Of a stretch of DNA of 41,476 nucleotides, positions 39,501 through 41,476 are shown one piece after another. Where the stretch lies: NCBI GenBank assembly GCA_964490495.1, contig CAZBCV010000001.1, positions 3,057-44,532 on the forward strand. The letters run 5' to 3'. This DNA comes from an uncultured Aureispira sp. Its GTDB lineage: Bacteria > Bacteroidota > Bacteroidia > Chitinophagales > Saprospiraceae. Each line of letters starts with the position of its first letter. Position 1 is the stretch's first letter. A model generated the notes under the pieces. The model searched no databases and was not told the DNA's origin. It saw only the letters and a list, made by a program, of their open reading frames with translations. The position numbers were made by a program, and so were the translations under genes.

Positions 39501-39753
39501 TAGAAGAGGTTTGGGTTTTGATAAAAAAGATTTTAATAAAACCATTATCAATGCACCTTCTTTGGCATCAGAAGCTAGTTATGGACATTCAGGTTTTACA
39601 GGTACTTATACCTGGGTGGACCCTGAACATAATTTAGTTTATGTATTCTTATCGAACAGAGTTTATCCTTCAAGAAACAACCGAACGATAATAGATGAAA
39701 ATATTAGGTCTAAAATAGGTGATTTTATTATTTCAACTCTATCAAAAAAATAA
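36523..39753 (+). CDS. Secreted bifunctional protein: N-terminal GH3 (NagZ-like beta-N-acetylhexosaminidase) fused to a C-terminal serine beta-lactamase-fold hydrolase
   Basis: Signal peptide. GH3 motifs KHFPGHGDTDTDSH and LLFTDAMEM. The C-terminal half has SxxK (ASLTKV), YSD and HSG (YGHSGFTGT), matching the beta-lactamase/transpeptidase-like fold. Confidence 0.85.
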   Translation: MYFRQFIVFLFLLLFFLEVKAQKKPDFLVDYNNSWVDSVFNTLTLDQKVGQLLMPRGNYSGRPHDIEKLKSWVKDYKIGGIVFFASQPTIQAQITNELQALSSVPLLIGQDFEWGLGMRLDSTDRFPYGVSLGAIQGQEHLLEAMGAEIGRQCRRIGVHVNYAPVVDVNNNPDNPVINFRSFGSDKLAVTQKSLAYMRGMQKQNILCTAKHFPGHGDTDTDSHYDLPVIKHDRQRLEDVELYPFKNLIDEGLSGIMSAHLNIPALEPKQGLASTFSTQILYKLLREEMGFEGLLFTDAMEMKGAIKNFPKGESMVRALLAGNDILETFMDVPEAVEAIKKAILKGVLPMKIIDFKVKKILKAKSWVGLGHYKPIDLKNLVKDLNTIESDVINRQLTEASVTCLKNDLGHLPIKDLTQNIAVLTIDAENPQTLVSMVQNYTKVDVFHIHPNISQEETTKMLQQLENYDLVVTSIHWSKPRASSNYGITPENKAVISQLINRDNIVFVLLGNPYALHKMAELQNAKTLVVTYQCNTYTESIVPQILLGALPSRGAFPIHLNEEFCIGKSHSWEAIGRLSYGVPEQVGMDRTRLLKGMDSIINVGLNKRAYPGGVLQIAKDGKVVFQKGFGFHTYDVQYMDIVTENPEKKYRFIDDAMDNPLKITNTFSLITPNPIPGKVYTDHIYDLASLTKVLAATFVGLKWIDEGHMTLGSKLSDFIPEWKDSNKENIIFLDAVTHRSGLKAWIPFWKNAIDTTTTLKKALELTPSLKNEMLYNISKPNFFRRLFGAKPQSVLDMPRTLSEKRGLWEKILTPQTIAWKPNTFSHNKTENFNVNVAKNLWIHKDYMDSIYYQIKASSMTARGQYVYSDLHYYLYPKLSQKLVGKPLDQYLYDLYSKIGANSLRFNPHMDGDTTKIVPTEYDSLFRNQLLHGYVHDEGASMLGGVSGHAGLFGNANDVMKIMQMYLQKGYYGGEQYISSKLIEKATQYQFPNEKNRRGLGFDKKDFNKTIINAPSLASEASYGHSGFTGTYTWVDPEHNLVYVFLSNRVYPSRNNRTIIDENIRSKIGDFIISTLSKK

Positions 39754-39755
39754 TT

Positions 39756-41057
39756 ATGCAACTTTATTCTACAAACAACAAAGAATATTTAGTAGATCTC
39801 AAAAAGGCGGTATTGAATTCATTGGCACCGGATAAAGGTCTATATATGCCGCAAAATATACCGACAATAGATAAATCTTTTTTTGAAAATATAGAGGATT
39901 TATCTATGCAAGAAATAGCCTACGAAGTATGCTTTTCACTCATGGGTGACTATATACCTCAAAAAGACCTTAAAGCCTTAATTGATACTGCCATAAATTT
40001 TGAGGCTCCGGTCAAAATGTTAGATGAAAATATAGGAAGCCTGGAATTATGGCACGGACCAAGTTTGGCATTTAAGGATTTTGGCGCACGGTTTATGGCG
40101 GCTTTGATGTCGTATTTTACTAAAGATGATAACAAAAAACTGACCATACTTGTAGCTACATCAGGGGATACAGGAGGGGCAGTAGCTTATGGTTTTTTAG
40201 ATACTCCAAACATTGATGTAATTATATTGTATCCATCAGGAAAGGTAAGCGATCTGCAAGAAAAACAATTGACTACTTTGGGTAAAAACATTTCTGCGTT
40301 GGAAATTGATGGGACATTTGACGATTGCCAAGCTTTAGTTAAAATGGCATTTCTTGATAGTGAAGTCAATAAATTATACCATTTAAGTTCGGCCAATAGT
40401 ATCAATATAGCAAGGCTCATTCCACAAACCTTTTACTATTTTAATGCTTATAAGCAAGTTAAAAAATATAATCGCCCATTGGTATTCAGTGTGCCTAGTG
40501 GAAATTTTGGAAACCTGACTGCGGGCCTAATAGCACAAAAAATGGGACTACCTATCAAAAGGTTTATTGCTGCCACAAATATCAACAATATTGTGCCAGA
40601 ATATCTTGAAACAGGAGTTTACAAACCAAGACCATCTATAGCGACTATTAGCAATGCTATGGATGTAGGAAACCCGAGCAATTGGACTAGAATTCAAGAA
40701 TTATACAATAACGATTTTGAATGCATAAAAGATAAAATTGAAGGTTATTGGCTCAATGATGACGACACCCTTGAGACGATGAAGGAAGTGTATCACAAGC
40801 ATAATTATATCTGTGACCCACATGGGGCCATTGGTTACGCCTCTTTGAAAGACTTACTCAAAGAAGATGAGTTAGGAGTTTTTCTTGAAACAGCACATCC
40901 AGCAAAGTTTTTACCTACCGTAGAAAGCTCTTTATCAATAAAGTTAGAAATACCTCAACGTTTAAAAGAAATAGTAGAAAATGAAAAAGTTTCGCTGTTA
41001 ATGGACAATAATTATGACGATTTCAAAAAATATTTAATGGAAAGAGAAGTGTTCTAA
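39756..41057 (+). CDS. thrC: Threonine synthase
   Basis: MQLYSTNN.., PLP lysine region GPSLAFKDFG, and SGDTGGA, SGNFGN. 433 aa. It starts 2 nt after the upstream stop. Confidence 0.92.
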   Translation: MQLYSTNNKEYLVDLKKAVLNSLAPDKGLYMPQNIPTIDKSFFENIEDLSMQEIAYEVCFSLMGDYIPQKDLKALIDTAINFEAPVKMLDENIGSLELWHGPSLAFKDFGARFMAALMSYFTKDDNKKLTILVATSGDTGGAVAYGFLDTPNIDVIILYPSGKVSDLQEKQLTTLGKNISALEIDGTFDDCQALVKMAFLDSEVNKLYHLSSANSINIARLIPQTFYYFNAYKQVKKYNRPLVFSVPSGNFGNLTAGLIAQKMGLPIKRFIAATNINNIVPEYLETGVYKPRPSIATISNAMDVGNPSNWTRIQELYNNDFECIKDKIEGYWLNDDDTLETMKEVYHKHNYICDPHGAIGYASLKDLLKEDELGVFLETAHPAKFLPTVESSLSIKLEIPQRLKEIVENEKVSLLMDNNYDDFKKYLMEREVF

Positions 41058-41263
41058 AGACCTAGCTTTTTATCACTTACAAGAAACAGTAGAATAATTT
41101 GTCTTAGTTTTGCAGATGTTTTATTTTAATTAAATATTATAATGCCATAATATAGGCTTAACCTCCCCGCTCAACCTAATCAACACCACTATCAACAGCC
41201 GTATAAAATGTCGCCAAAGTTTCGAATAAAAATCAATTCTTATCTTAGACCTCTCGTTTGTAT

Positions 41264-41410
41264 GGCAATGAAAAGGTGTGTCGCAAGGTGGAAAGGTATG
41301 TTTGTGAGGGCACAAGTTGCAGAGTACATCAAGCTTTAGCATGACTTGTGCTGGCATGGTGCTGTTTATTGTATTCCCAAATGCCCTACTTCTAAACTAA
41401 TGTCATTGCT
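41264..41410 (+). other. Candidate structured element (nested inverted repeats) in a comparatively GC-rich non-coding stretch. Identity unknown.
   Basis: GGCAATGA (41264-41271) pairs with TCATTGCT (41403-41410, one G-U on the plus strand). AGGGCA (41307-41312) pairs with TGCCCT (41381-41386). CACAAGT (41311-41317) pairs with ACTTGTG (41344-41350). No ORF of 60 aa or more on the plus strand. Confidence 0.2.
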
Positions 41411-41441
41411 ACGACGTTTATTTCAATAAATCACACTTTCC

Positions 41442-41476
41442 ATGGCCAAAAAAAAGAAACATAACGACCACGATAA
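41442..41476 (+). CDS. Possible 5' end of a CDS running off the window (MAKKKKHNDHD..)
   Basis: ATG at 41442 is preceded by an in-frame TAA at 41427-41429. Only 11 codons are visible. Confidence 0.2.
   Translation, partial: MAKKKKHNDHD

Noticed and set aside
41130-41357. 75-aa Cys/His-rich minus-strand ORF (MPAQVMLKLDVLCNLCPHKHTFPPCDTPFHCH..).
   Set aside because: It has no promoter box, no recognisable zinc-finger spacing, and an improbable hydrophobic C-terminal tail. It is more likely a by-product of the GC-richer structured region reported as a finding.
41130-41441. tmRNA, SRP (4.5S) RNA or RNase P RNA at the right edge.
   Set aside because: GGTGCTGTTTA superficially resembles the SRP 5' region, but the GGUCCGGAAGGAAGCAGCC core is absent. 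There is no GAGGAAAGUCC (RNase P) motif. There is no tmRNA acceptor end or tag-peptide ORF on either strand.
1-41476. A scan for CRISPR arrays, tRNA/rRNA genes, prophage or integrase genes, and long repeats.
   Set aside because: I saw no periodic repeat-spacer pattern, no tRNA T-arm/acceptor signatures (a GGTTCGAA at about 10270 lies inside the met gene with no cloverleaf context), no rRNA-like conserved blocks, and no recombinase ORFs.

Overview
This is a low-GC chromosomal segment. Its gene content, and the TAnnTTTG -7 boxes that recur 5-80 nt upstream of many start codons, point to a Bacteroidota genome (Flavobacteriia/Cytophagia-like). I cannot name the species. I support about 30 protein-coding genes, and almost all are housekeeping: nadB, aspS, recA, sucC, xseAB, the rimP-nusA-infB operon, ahcY, an acyl-CoA dehydrogenase, a site-2 protease, a DUF2723 membrane protein, rpiB, an M28 peptidase, a GH3/beta-lactamase-fold fusion enzyme and thrC. 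Two outer-membrane beta-barrel genes and several uncharacterised membrane or secreted proteins are interspersed. I found no rRNA, tRNA, CRISPR array, intact mobile element or recognisable defence, toxin or secondary-metabolite cluster, and I do not see a convincing novel multi-gene system. The places that deserve a second look are listed here. (1) A decayed patch at 24.0-25.2 kb holds a frameshifted OMP gene, an apparent IS3-family OrfA relic and a GC-rich orphan patch. (2) A terminator-like hairpin lies inside the rimP-nusA-infB leader. (3) A GHMP-kinase gene has a conserved N-terminus lying upstream of any canonical start codon. (4) A GH3 NagZ-like domain is fused to a serine beta-lactamase-fold domain. 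(5) An unexplained, comparatively GC-rich ~300-nt non-coding stretch with nested inverted repeats and two tiny ORFs sits at the right edge (41.1-41.4 kb). All functional calls rest on my recognition of translated motifs. No database search was run.
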